Source of the DNA: Geosiphon pyriformis uo1
Lineage: Eukaryota > Fungi > Glomeromycota
Length of the DNA stretch: 64,000 nt
Direction of reading: 5' to 3'
Assembly (NCBI GenBank): GCA_016748015.1
Contig: JAAOMT010000659.1
Span: 246,806 to 310,805, forward strand
Shown here: piece after piece, positions 22,701-35,600 of the stretch
How positions within the stretch are numbered: position 1 is the stretch's first letter
Layout of the letters: each line of letters opens with the position of its first letter
Program-made: the position numbers and the translations under genes
The notes under the pieces: generated by a model
What the model was told of the DNA's origin: nothing
The model's input: the letters and a program-made list of their open reading frames with translations, nothing else
Databases searched by the model: none

Positions 22701-24330
22701 AGCAAGTTCAAATTATAGGAGATAATTTGAAGATAAATTCAGTTATTGGAGGTTCAACCACATCCAGAAAACGTGAATTCACAGCAAATAAGTATCAACA
22801 ACATTACAGAAAAGAGACCAAAAACCTCTGGTAACAGTGTTCATCCCAGGTTTTTGAGTATACCATTATGTTGTCTAAGTAGACTAGAACAAAGTTTTCT
22901 TTTACTAATTCAAATACTTTATCTATTAAGCGTTGAAAGGTGGGAGAGGCATTGGTAAAACCAAAAAGCATGACTGTGAATTCGTAGGTACCATACTTGG
23001 TAATGAAGACAGTTTTCTTTCTGCTTTCTGGATCCATCTTTACTTGCCAGAATCCAGCAGTTAAGTCAATGGTTGAGAAGAAAGTGGCATCATAGAATTG
23101 GTCTAGCATTGCATTAATCTTGGGAAGTGGGTACATGTCTCTTTCAGTAATGGCATTTAATTGGCAATAGTCAACACAAAAGCATAGGGTTTCTTCTTTC
23201 TTGGATACCACTACAACTGGGAATGCCCATTCACTCTTGGTTTCCTGTATGAATCCAAGGGTTTTCATTCGGGTTATTTCCTTTTTTATAAACTCATCAT
23301 TGCACCTGTTGGATTAATAGAGCTTCAAATGGATGGAGCAAGTTTCTCTGGTGATGATGGTGTGTTGTATCACATGTGTACATTCAGAAGGTTCACCTTC
23401 TTTTGAGATAACTGGGCTGTTTCTAGCCAGCAGGTTTTCAATGTCTACTTTTTTTCTTCTGAAAAGGGTTCTCTTTGTTCTACAACCAGTGATTGAATTT
23501 CAGGTGGTTTGTTTTCAAAAGACTTTTGGACTTCTTTTATTTCCTTTCGGGGTATCAAGCTGATTGGTTTCCAATCTTTGTAATAGATCAGGCAAAACAT
23601 GCATTCATCACTAGGAGAGTACAATGGTTTGTCGCACCAGCACCAGACACAAGGACTATGCTACCAATAACTGTATTTGGCTTTCTTGTCTGGCTTTCTG
23701 TCAAAGGTTCTTCTGAGCATATTATAATAAGGCCAGCAGATCAGCTTGCCATTGACAATGATTCCTTCTTTATCTGCCTTGACATTATCCAGTGGTTTGT
23801 CATTGTTAGTGAAGATAGTATAGGCAAGTTTAGCAGTTTCTTTTTGTTCTTTTTGTTTTTCTTTTTCCTTACTTTCTTCATTATCTGATTCATCTGATTC
23901 ATTTTCTTTTGGGCTCTGCTTGGGTACTGGGGGAGTTGTCCAATGGCAACACTTAACCACAATGAGTTTCTCACCACATCTGATGGTTAGTTCACAGAGT
24001 TCATAATCAAGCAAAGCCTTTGCTTTCTTGAGCCATTTATTGCCAACAATGATGGTGTATTCTTTTGCTTCAAACACTTCCATATCAGTTTCAATGCTAA
24101 TGTCATTGATGCAGACAGGAATAGCTTTGGCTATGCCAAGTTCTTTTTTCTTATCACCATGCACATTGGTCATTGGTCATGTGGATGGTTCATCAATTTT
24201 TCTGCCAATTGCTTTAAGAAAGTGTTTGGCAATAACACTAACAGATGATCCATTGTCTAGGATCAAATCGATGAAGTAGCCAGCCACTTGGACTTTACAA
24301 ATTAGAAGAGTAACATTGCTATTGTCAGCA
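19718..24330 (-). pseudogene. Element C pol (PR, short Cys-rich segment, RT split by a solo LTR, RNase H, integrase)
   Basis: LILDNGSS; WAFPVVVV; YLD(N)IMV; HTNASGYGLGAVL; integrase SDRG...ERFNRTL; WKGPF. Confidence 0.93.
21859..22836 (+). mobile_element. Solo LTR of the element-A family (978 bp) inserted in the RT of element C
   Basis: 10-bp terminal inverted repeat TGTTACCAGA/TCTGGTAACA and TSD GTGT. Removing it restores YSKTWDEHLEHLQKVF in frame. Confidence 0.95.
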
Positions 24331-24899
24331 AGTCTAGCTTGGCAAGGGTGTTTGTTGGTTTTGGGTGTTTTTTTCTTTGGAATCAGGGATTTGCGAAGAT
24401 CTTTTCTGAATTATGAATGGGTCATTAATTGGCCAAAGGTTATATGTGCTGGGGTTTCCATAAGGTCTTTGACAACAGAATAGGGACCGGATTTTTGTAC
24501 TATTTTTGGGGGTTTCAACTTTGGAGGGTTTTTGAAAACTTTGGCTTTTGGGGGCTCATTGTTGTCAGCAGTTGATGTAGAAGCTTTATTGGGGTCTAGA
24601 ACGAAATCAACTTTGGCTTTCTTCTTCTTTCTTGTAGATTCAGAGGGGTTGATTGCTAATTCATCCATGTCATGGTCATCATCAGTTAAGTTAAAAGTAT
24701 AAAAGGGGTTTTCTTCTGGTTGGCTTGCACTCTCACTCTTTGGAGGTGCACCTACCAGTTTAAAGGCTGATAAACAGTGGCTTCAACTAGGGGATCCTCT
24801 CCAAAGAAATTGATGTTGGCATAATTGGGCCTTTGGTTGGACACATTGTTGTTGTTGATCCTGTTGTTCTGAGCATCATTGTTTCTGGGGACTGGTGGA

Positions 24900-26305
24900 G
24901 GCAGTGGAGGATTGTTGCAATCTCTTGAAAAGTGTCCAGTTAATTCACAGTGATAGCATACAGGTGGGCCACAATTTTGTTGTCTTTGATAAGGTGGTTG
25001 CTGGGGCTGATTGAAGCGTGGTTCAAATCTGGGTCTTTGTGGTTGCTGATTTTCTCTGACTGCTTGGGCTAAGGGTTCTAATAACCGAGCAAGATTTGCT
25101 GTGAGTCTGTCTATTAACTGTTCATTTAGATCTTAAGTATGAGTGGCAAAAGAAGTAACAGCTATTTGAGGGGCAGGAGCCATGACAGGAACAGAAGCAA
25201 AAACTGGTAGTGTGGATCCCAAGTACATTCTTTGATTGTCTTCAATTCTTTGTGCTAATTCAATGGTCATATCCATGGTGGGATTATTTTTCAGGGCCAG
25301 GAGAGACCAAAGAGCATACAATAGATCAGTTTTCAATCCTTTTGTGAAGGAGTGAATTTTCTGCTCTTTTGTCCAATTTCTTCCAGTGTCTACTCATTTG
25401 ATTAACTTTTTGATTGCTTTGGCATATTTGGTTACAACTTCACCAGGACCTTGGGTTCTTCTTTCCAATTCCATACGCCATTTTGATATTAATATTGGGG
25501 TTCTGAACTTGTTTTCAAACCAGGTAGTGAAAGAAGTGTTGATTTCTCCTATATTTGTTGGTGTCCATCTAACGATTCTTTGCTGGGCATTGGCATCTGT
25601 TTTTTGTGAGAACCAGGTAGCAGAGAATCCTTGAAAGTAGCCACCAACAATTTGGAACTTGTACTCATCATCATATTGATTGGCTGTAGTGGCTCTTTCA
25701 AAGTCATCCAATTATTTAATTAGATCTTGTGTATCACCTCTAAATAATGGTATTGGGGTGTTGTTTTTTCGCCCTAGAGCAGTTTGTATACCTTGGAGGG
25801 CAGCCAGAATGTTTGCTTGCATGGGGTCATTAGCCATTGGTTCAGGGGTAACTGTTTGTGTAGACAAGTCTGATTTGCTTGATAAAAGATCAAAAACAGG
25901 AGCAGTTTGGTAGCTTTTTTCTTCTGTTTCAAAGGGAGTTTCAGTTGTTTGATGAGCAGCAATCCAAATGTGGATTTGATGATTCAGATATTCGAAATCA
26001 GGGGGCTGTTGTTCAAAGGTTGCAGAATATAAGAGCTGATTGATACTGTTGTTTCTTTCTTCAAAGTCATTTTCAAAATAAGCTTGGTCAAAGTAATAGG
26101 TTGTATAAGCTGTGTAGGTTTCAGCTGAATGCTTGTTCAGGAACCAGTTCCAAAAGTCTTGGAATTGTCTACTTGATTGTTCTTCAAGGGGGAAGCAGAT
26201 CAAGCAGGAGAGCAGAGGATTAAATTCAATGAAACTTTGGTCATTTCTGTTGTGTGCTACAAAGTGTTCTTCTGATTGCTGTGGCAGATATGAGTAATCA
26301 CCCAT
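24900..26305 (-). pseudogene. Element C gag
   Basis: TPIPLFRGDTQDLIK*LDDFERATTANQY capsid-like segment; CCHC knuckle at 24917-24958. Confidence 0.85.
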
Positions 26306-26334
26306 ACAATGAGGGAATAAGTGAATTTTGACAA

Positions 26335-26351
26335 CCTCACAGGGAGCACCA
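26335..26351 (-). other. PBS of element C (TGGTGCTCCCTGTGAGG), probably elongator tRNA-Met
   Basis: Plus strand CCTCACAGGGAGCACCA resembles the T-arm and acceptor end of eukaryotic elongator tRNA-Met; 6-nt spacer to the LTR. Confidence 0.75.
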
Positions 26352-26357
26352 CTTTTA

Positions 26358-26975
26358 TGTTACGGGTTGGAGTAACAAGCTAACAGATAGCAAGGGAGAA
26401 CAGTATTGTAGGGTGATGGAAATAAACAAAGAAAGAATTACAATAAGGGAGCGAATTGAATAAGTAGGAATTCAATGTGCATGATCAGTCTCATAAAAAT
26501 CACAGTCGCTAATCTTTTCTTAAATCTGAAGGTAAAGGAATAGTCCGTGATTGTCAACAAGATAACACCGCTGCTATTATTCTATGCCTTAACTCGGCGA
26601 TTCTTAAAATCAATAACAGGTATTATTGTACTTTTTAATTGTTTCTTTATTCAATGAATTACAAGAGCAAGCCAATTGCTTCTCAGGCTAATTCTAACAA
26701 ATACAAATCAAGAAGGGGAAAAGATAAAGTATGTGAATGCCAACAAGTAGATACTTGAAGGTAAGGAAAGGAGAATAAGCAATTATGAGAGGAAGTAATT
26801 GATATTGTTTATTTTGTTACTTTAATCATGTCTTTCTACAGCTAAGGGAATCATTGCTTATATAGCTATCTAAAGTGGTCAACGATCACTATCTAAAAAT
26901 AGGGTGGCCAATTATATAACATCAGTGGCTAATACATGTGATAATTAATAAAAACTATGTGTTTCAACCGTAACA
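26358..26975 (-). repeat. 5' LTR of element C (618 bp)
   Basis: TGTTACGG...CCGTAACA inverted ends; pairs with 18331-19044. Confidence 0.95.
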
Positions 26976-26979
26976 ATAT

Positions 26980-29400
26980 AATGTCCACATATCTGCAAAG
27001 CTGTGGAAAATCTGGAATGTAGTTTGGTAGTTGATCCTCAACTTTGGTGGTTAAATATCTAATGATGATTTCCTTTGGTATTTCAATGACACTTTTCATT
27101 GTGTTGTAGATGGGAATTTTGATGTTTTTGGGGCTTTTGGCTGATATGTAGAGATTAGTAAGTCCAATCTCTTCTAATTCACAAATGGTGCTTTAAACAA
27201 CTGAGCTTGATCTTTTACTTCTCTTTTTATGGCTAATATATACTGGTCATATGGTGGAATGGAAATTGATTAATGGGTTGAGATAATTTCTCTCTTGTCA
27301 ATAATTTCTTCCTCTGCCATATTAACTGGTACATCTACTCTACCTATTGATCTGAATCCTTGTATCTCTCTTGCTGTTATCCCTAATTCTTTCCTGTTCT
27401 CACTGATACTAATTTAGCTACTTTAACCAGAGGTATAAATATTGTCTATGTTATTTTTTTGTTTGGATCTATGGTGTAGGCTTTTTCTGAGTCATTTTGT
27501 AGCATAGCAATGATATTTTCTACATATCCTGTATTGATTATCTCTTCTCTGATGTTGATTTCCTTTTTTACTAGGCTACTCCTAGATACTAATTGTATTA
27601 TAGTTGTTGCTGGAATTTCCAGTGCTATTTTGAGATCAATACTGGTGTGCAAATAGGGTTCCAATTTGATGGTATTTTTTCCTAGATATCTCAGATCAAA
27701 CCCTACATTGGTATTATGCACACATTTTGGCATAATACCTTTATTATTGTCACTATACCATTTGAGTTCTTGTTTCTTGAAAAGATCAGGAAACACAATG
27801 TATATTTTGGGGTTTGAATTGGAGTCTAAATCATTGATATTTTTATTGTCATTTTGAATAGAATTAGAACTGTTATTTTCATCATTATCATTGTCAAAGT
27901 TTGAATTGGGATTAAAAATTGATTCCAATTCTGATGTGCAGCTGCTTATTGGTTTGTTTTCTTCAGGAATCATGTAGATCATGCATGGTAGATTGTAAAT
28001 AAGGTCACACTTATTACAATATTAGAAGTCACATGAGATTAAGCAATATTGACATAATTGAGTATTCAACTCCTCTAAATGCTGTTTCTATTCTTCTCTA
28101 GTGGGTGCTAAACACTGGTAATGTTCGTGGAATTCTTTTGGGTCATCTTCAATGTTGCCAAAGACATTGAAGATTTGGACATATTCAGATTCAGGAAGAA
28201 ATAGAGGATTGTTTTTGATTTCCAGTAGTTCACTGGTTGTTGTGCCTTCTGCTTTTACACTTACCATTCTCCATAATTTGTATTCATCATGAGAATATTC
28301 TTCCAATTGTCGCAATGCTCATTTTTAGGCATTGTTAATTGGTATGCCCTTGCATATCCAGTTATTGATTAGAATTGTATATTGACACATTTCATTGCAT
28401 GTTCCTCTTTGTCCAGGAATGTTGTTCCACATTCCTTTGTTTGGAAAAGTTTCTTCACAAGCCAAGCATAGTTTATTGTCCCATTTTCCAACTTGTTTTG
28501 GTCTTCTAAAACATTTAATGATGTATGAGTGACAGTAAAATTTGGTTGTCATAGTGTACTCCTTATTATTGTTACAACAAGCACCCATTGATGACAATTT
28601 CTTGTTGCAATTGATGCATACCAGTTTTGGGCAGCAATAAGTAGATTGTTGAAGTGTAGTATAGGAATTATAAGTGGTGGTGCTGTTGGGTGTTGGTTTT
28701 TCTTTCTTTCCTTTTTTTTTTCCCTTTTTATTTTCTTTCCACTCCTAATTTATTAGTTCTTCCTGATCATTGTCAGTTTTCCAGACTTGGTCAGGGTTTC
28801 AAGTAGGTTCTTTTTTCTGCTTTCCTTTGTTGTTGTCATCTCAGGAGAGTATCAGCAGCAACTTATTGTGGTTTTTATTGGTCTAGAACACTTGATAGGC
28901 TTCCCAAGTAGGTTTCTTCTCTTCTTTCTTGAACTCGATAAGAGATGCTAGCATGTTGGGGGTTTTGAAATGGCCACATGTGGCTGATACCCATGTGTAT
29001 TGACTGTTCTGGCTAAGTTAGAGTTCTTGCGTGTTTCAATTAAGTGTTGTATTGGTTTTGGACAGCCAGTCATTGCCAATGAGTGCTTGATATTGAGTGG
29101 CTTCCATGATTAATACTTTGATTGGCATAATGATGCCATTGACTTCTATAGGAAAGTCATTAATCTTGCCAATCAGAGTTTTGGTCACTTTATCAGCTGT
29201 GATGATTTGTGCACTGGCAGTTCAATTAATTCAGTGATCTAATTGGTTCATGAGTTGTCTTGTGATAATGCTGTCAGCTAATCCACTGTCTAAGATTAGT
29301 TTGATTGAGTGGCCATCAACTTTGACATTAATGTATATAGTAGTAATAAGTTTTTCCTCAAGAGTGGCTTTACTGAATAATAAGACTGGTGTGGTTTCTT
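26980..29400 (-). pseudogene. Element D pol, 5' part (PR, Cys-rich module, dUTPase)
   Basis: LILDSGLADSII; CINCNKKL...GKWDNKLCLAC; dUTPase motifs NVGFDL, VSRSSL, IINTGY, QGFRSIG (~27340-27750). Confidence 0.9.
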
Positions 29401-29899
29401 TGAGTTTGAAAGAAAAAATAGCTGCTAAAAATTTGTTGTTGGAAATGGTTGCTGGTGGGATATTGCTGATAAGTGGTTGTTTCTGGTTGGGTTCTAGATT
29501 GTTGGAAGTGGTTTTTTCTGGGGTAATTAGGAGACTTAAATAGTATTGAGAATTCAGATTTTGGATGTGCCCAGTTTCCAAATTCCATTGTTGAGATCCT
29601 GATGGCTGGCTTGAGGAACTGGAGATCAGTTAATAGACTACCATTAACAATCTCTAGCTTTGTTGTGTCAGTTTTGGTTTTTGGGTTCCGTTTTGAGATA
29701 AGTTCTGTGACAGTGCTTGAATTTGTTGGGACTGATAAATTACTTAAGACTGCAGCTGATAAATGGGTTGGGACTGCAGTTGATAAATAACAAGTGTTGT
29801 TGGCTGATAAATTGGTAATTGATAGATTAACTGTTGTGTCATAGGTAGGTAATTCAGTTGATACAGTTTTGGTGATTGATTACTGACATAATTCTGAGT

Positions 29900-31700
29900 T
29901 TGTAGTTAGTGATCAGAGTTTCAATACTAATGGCCTGATTTTTGTTTATTTAGCCATTTATGGTATTCAAACTGTAAATGTCTTTGTTTACCACAATAGT
30001 GGCAAGCATGTGTCTCCTGCTGCCACTGTTGATTGGTTAAAGATGTTAGATGTGACTGATTCTAGAAACAATTCGCATTTCTAGAATTATTGTATCATTG
30101 TGGTGGTTAATAAATTGTGCAATTGTCAGCTAAGTATCCCTCTAATTTTTGATTGATGGAATCATTAAATTGTTTCAATTTGGAATCCAATTCAGATGAT
30201 CCATTTATTACTAAATTAACAGCTTGGGCATAGTTGGCTTTGAGTTCAGCTGCTTCAAAATCTTTGGCATTTGTAACAGCAGCTTGAAGATCTACTGGAT
30301 GCATTGGACATATGTGTTGGAGAATGCTACTGCACAGGCCTCTAATGAATTGATTTAGGATTTGTGGTGCTGTAAAATAATTAGTCTATATGGCTTAGAT
30401 CTGGTGCAGATTTTTGTGGAAGTGTCTTAAGTAAATAGTGACTGTTTTATTTTCTTCTTGCTTAATGGTGGTGAAGGTGTTTGCCAATTGGTTGATGCTA
30501 TTATTATTATTGAAATATTGTAAGAATGCCAGCTTAAATGCATTGAAATCTTGGGGTTTGTTAACTAAGCTTTGATACCATAAATCAGCAGTATCTTGGA
30601 GAAAATAGGAAATGGCCTGCATGGCTCTGGTGTTATCTCATCCATTGGCTGTGATGGCTTTTTTTACATTGTTTAGCCACACTTGGGCATCGTCTTCTTC
30701 ACTGGTGAATTTTTCAAATTTGGCAATAGGAGCATATGCCATTGGTACTATGATTTGTTGTTGTAGTGGTTGTTAGAGTTGTTGTTGTGGTGGTTAAAGT
30801 GGCTATTGTGGTTGGTGGGACAGTTGAAGTGGCTGCTATTAAATCAGTTCAATAATTGGTTCAATTGGTGGTTGATCAATAATAATTACTGAAGGTAAGT
30901 TTTGTTGATTAATTGTTTTGGGGTTTCGATTGTTCTGATTTTGCTGATTTTAAAAATTCAGAGTTTTGACTTCTGAATTTTCTATGATCGGATTTTGGTA
31001 AGTAAATTTCTGATTCTTACTTCTCTTTTCTTCTAATTCTATTACTTCCCATGGACTTACAGTTCTGAAATCTGGTTGAGATGGTAGTAATCAGAATCCT
31101 AATGGTATTGGTAATTACAATTTAAACTCTTCAAAATATTTGCCATATGGTCCTAGCAACTCTGCTCTTTTTTGTTTACTTTGAAATGAAAATTGTTTAA
31201 AGATTAATGTCATATTTGATGTGGACACATCTGCTGATGAGATATTGATGGTACTTTTTAGTGTATAATGATATGATAAATTGGTTGGTGAGTCAACTTT
31301 GGTTTTCTTTTAAGTGAGTGGTTGTATTTGTTTTGGTGTTACTGCTGGTGTTTGCAATCTTCCTTTGCCTTTGTCTGCGTAGATAATAAAAAATTGTTGT
31401 TGTGTATATCTTTTAATGGTTTGATTGATTTCCCTAATGATTGGTGTGAAACTGTAGTTCTTTGGTAAGCTAGTATATTGAAATAATTGTATATAGAAAT
31501 TTTCTCTTGTAGATTCAATGTTAACGGTTTCTCCTAAGCAGTCTGTGATTTTATCATTGATATAGAAGTTAAAGACTGATTCTGCTGGGAAATGATTATT
31601 GTTTAATCCTAGTTGTTAGCTGTACTGTTGGAACAAAAATTTGGCGAATCTTAAGTGGTTTGCTTTTATGATTTCTGATTCTGCCACTTTTGAATGATTG
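29900..31700 (-). pseudogene. Element D gag
   Basis: MAYAPIAKFEKFTSEEDDAQVWL...MQAISYFLQDTADLWYQSL; degenerate knuckle CHYCGKQRH near 30000. Confidence 0.82.
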
Positions 31701-31729
31701 GTGTTGGTGCTGTTCTCTGTAGGATTATA

Positions 31730-31746
31730 CCTTACAGGGAGCACCA
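31730..31746 (-). other. PBS of element D (TGGTGCTCCCTGTAAGG)
   Basis: 16/17 identical to the PBS of element C; 2 nt from the LTR. Confidence 0.8.
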
Positions 31747-31748
31747 AA

Positions 31749-32613
31749 TGTTATAAATGATTATTTGGAGTCTCAATTCCATAACTTGGTGCTCAGTGAC
31801 TAATCTGATGGATAATAGTGGTAATATTGATATGTTGTCTTTATCTAAAGGTTTTGATTGAGTTTTTTGTATAATGGACAAAGATTTAATGTTGTCTTTC
31901 CAGTAGCTTCCTGGAATTGCAATTTCATTGAATTTCTTTCTCAGCATAGTGGCCAGTAATCTGGCAGAGATGTTTTTCTGGTAAGCTAGTCATTAATATA
32001 TATAATGCTTATACCCTTTTTTTGGGGTCTTTTATCAGGCTATTTTTGACATCAATAACTTAGCACTTAATCTTCAATCAATTAGTAACTCCAAAAGAAA
32101 TAACAAAATAAAATAAAAGAAAAATAAAAAAAATAAAAAAACAATTAAAAACAATTGCAAGTTAGTATCCCATCAATAACCATAATCAAGAGCTATTGTT
32201 CCAGTATGGTTAAGTACTAATTACTATTAATATGAAGTATTGATAGTAGAGAGTGGATTGAAATAGTGAATAATTATTTATTAATATTTGTGAATTTGGA
32301 AGGTTGCTTAGAGTAAATCTAAACTGGAAGATCTGTTTTTTTTACTTCTAACACTACCACTATATATACATAATTGAGATTCCTTAATTCCTTGATTCTT
32401 TATGCCAGAAATCCTGAAATTTCTGGAATCTTGCAATTCCTTTAAGAGGAATCCTGAAATTCTGAAATTCTGCAATTTCTTGTATGAGAATTCTGAAATT
32501 CCTGAAATTCTGCAATTCTTCTTGAGAGAAATTCTGAAATTCCATATTTACTATGGTTACTTCTGATTGGCTAATTTATATACTAATATTTTTTCTATAT
32601 TTTATGAATAACA
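31749..32613 (-). repeat. 5' LTR of element D (865 bp)
   Basis: Direct repeat of 13899-14768. Confidence 0.95.
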
Positions 32614-35600
32614 TCACAAAATTTTTTCCAAGATTCTTTTAGATAGGATTTTTTAGCTTGCAGTATTTATGATGTTTTACATAGGGACAATTTCTCTGTT
32701 TTAAAAAGTATAATGATACAATTGTCTATTTTTGCCATCAGCTTAGTGGTTGAAAATGTTTTGGAAAAGAACTGTAAACTGTGGCTGGTTTTGCAAGACA
32801 TGCATAAGGCCTATAACTCTATTGGTTGGGAACATCTCAGGAGAAGTTTGGTTAGAATTAAGATGTATGACAGGTTTATTAGATTTTTTGGTAGTATTTA
32901 CAATGGTCACATTAACAAAGTGATGACAGACTTTGGCTTGACTGATGGGTATTGTGTTTATAATAGTTTGGACCAAGAAAAAGTTTTCTTATCTCTTCTT
33001 TGGTGTATATTCTATGATTTGCTTCTATGTGAAGTCAAAAAGCAGGAGGATGTATATGGTTACAGATTGAACTCTCATTTTGTTTTCAAGTCTGGCCAGG
33101 CAGAATCTCAAGCCAAGATGACATCATTTTTTGCTGTTGATGCTTTTGTCAATAATACAATTTGGATTAGTAGTAGCCAGACTACTACACAACATATCCT
33201 CAATGTTGCTAGTGAGTTTTTTAGGTTTAATAATATTTCCATAAATAATAACAAAACTGTAGTCATCCCTATCAACTGCCAGGTTTCAAATTCTTATCTA
33301 ACTGTTAGTGGCTCACCTATTTTTGTTGCCAAAAAGAAGGAACCTTATCATTACTTGGGTATTTTTTTGTCTTTTGAGGGTTTGTCAAAACCTAGCCTGG
33401 CTAAGACACATTCAGATGTTTGGTTTTTTGTCAATCTTGTTTTAAGGAAGGTGATTTCAGATAAACAGTTTGTGTATTTGGTGTCAGTGGTTTTTTTTCC
33501 TATTGTTAGTTATAGAACTCAATTCAGTTTTGTTTCTATCAGTGTTTATAGTAAATGAGATGCTATGATTTGCAAGAGCTTGAAGTCTAAGTCTGGTTTT
33601 TCACGTAATTTTCCCACTAATGCAATCCATCATTTTTTTTTGTATGGTTTAAAAACTTTTGAACAAATTTAGGCTAAGAGCAAATCAGCTTTTTTTGTTT
33701 CTTTTGCAAATTTATTGGGTATTTTGGGTTGGTTATTTTTTTACAGGTCTCATGATCTTCAGGTTTTTAGCTGGTGTCCTTACTACTTTCTACAATTTCT
33801 GGTTTGTGTTAAAGTCAACTCCTTAGACAATTTTTTGGCTGGTATGGTCTGCATTTTTTCTGAATGTAATTTGTCTTTGGGTGGCTCTCCGGCCTATGCA
33901 TTTCATTTTTAGGGTAGTATTTCTATGTTTTTTGTTCTTGGTAAGCCTAATTATTTTAAGTATGTCTCTTCTCTTTGGTATTATAGGATTATTTTCATGG
34001 ACCAGCTGCATGACAAGCATGGTGCTGTTTTCAGTTAAACAACTTTCAAGCAGTAAAAGTAATTGGACCCTCATGGTCCTATTCTTATCTGGTTTGAGCT
34101 TTCTGTTCATTTTTTTGGTGGTGAGGCTTCTCTTTCTGCTTGTTCCCCACTTTTGAATATTTCTTTTGATATCTTTTGGTCTTATAATTTTGGTGTTATC
34201 AGAGTCAATTTGTTACATGTTAATACTGTTCATCTTTCTGTGTATATGGATATATCTCTAAGCAGTCTGAGAATTTCTGGTATGATGACTGGTGCTGCTG
34301 TTTTTTTTGAAGACATTGATTTGGGTCTGGGTATTGGAGTCTTTGGTTTGGTTTTTTCTACAATAGTGAAGTTGCAGGCCATTGTTCTGGCTCTTGAGTG
34401 TATTCCTTCTTTTCATTTTGTCAATTTGTTTTCAGACAGCCAAGCTGCTCTGGATGTATTCAAATCAAAGTCTGTATTGGCTCATCTGGATTTTAGAAAT
34501 TGGTGTTGGGTTGAGCATCACCATATTGCTAATGTTATTCATTGCAAAAATTTGGATGTTAATTAGATTAAAATTAAAGATTACTCTGGTGTCTCCAACA
34601 ATGAACATGCTAATGCTTTTGCTAGGGCTGCTGCTTTTTTTGATAGGCACCTACCTCATATGGTTAGTGAATACTTTTTTCAAGCTGATGGCATGACAGT
34701 TTTTGGTAATTTTTGGCATTTTGTTTGTGATATTTTCCAATCTATTCACTGTGCATATTGGAAAATTGGTTCTGGTTCCCATATCTTGATAGATAGTCTG
34801 TGTGCTAATATTAATTGGTCCAGATCTTTGTTGGTATGGCATTCTGATTCTCACTTGGCTGCTGGTTTTACTAGTGCATGTACTGCTAACTTTTGTTTAT
34901 ATCTTATGAAGGCATTACATTATCGTTTTCTTGTTACAGTATATAAGTAACTTTATAATAAGTGTTATTCCAGTGTAATGTGTTTGTTTTATGGAGATGT
35001 TGAGGTCTCAGACCATGTTTTTTCTTGCCCTTTTGACACTGTTGGTCATGCTCAATTAATAGAAGTTTATGTGTCTGCTTGGGAGACACACTTGAGTTTA
35101 TCTCATTTTTCTTTTTGTGTTTTGCAGTTGTTGTATACTTGTGTTTTCAATGTTGTTGTTGGTACAGCTCTGTATAAAGACTTTGTTTTCAATGATTGGT
35201 ATCATGAATTTGTTTCCATTTTTAAGAACCCTAAAGTTGCAGCTCAAAATATTGTATTTTTTGTGCACAAATTTTGTTTTGATTTTCAAGATAATATTTG
35301 GCTGGTGTATGCCAAACACTGGGCTATTATAGAAAAAGATGGCTTGATTTTACAGGATGGTTCTGTTTCTGTCTCAGTTTCTGGTCTTCTGGTGGTGCTC
35401 TCGGCTGGTGTAATTAGATTATTGAGTATTGCCGATGCATTTGGTATTAGTTTCAGGTTTTGTAAGTCTTGTTTGTTTTTCTTAGGTATTGAGGACATGG
35501 TCTCTGTTCATATAGGTGTCTAATGTTGTTTTGATTGGCCTAAGTGGCTGGTTATGTGTAGCAAATGCATAATTTGCACCTAATTTAGATTATTGATGTA

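Larger units (their letters stand above)
18331..26975 (-). mobile_element. Full-length Ty3/gypsy element C nested in D; no dUTPase seen
   Basis: LTRs 18331-19044 and 26358-26975; 4-bp TSD ATAT (18327-18330 and 26976-26979); PBS; PPT GGAGAGGATGA; gag, knuckle CYHCELTGHFSRDC, PR, RT, RH, INT. Confidence 0.95.
13899..32613 (-). mobile_element. Full-length Ty3/gypsy element D (decayed), inserted in the LINE RT and itself interrupted by element C
   Basis: LTR pair 13899-14768 and 31749-32613 with TGTTA...TAACA ends; 4-bp TSD TTGC/TCAC; PBS; gag-PR-Cys-rich-dUTPase-RT-RH-INT-ORF3 order. Confidence 0.95.

Noticed and set aside
920-35498. Short ORFs antisense to retroelement coding regions
   Set aside because: Shadow frames of gag/pol/ORF2 with no independent motifs.
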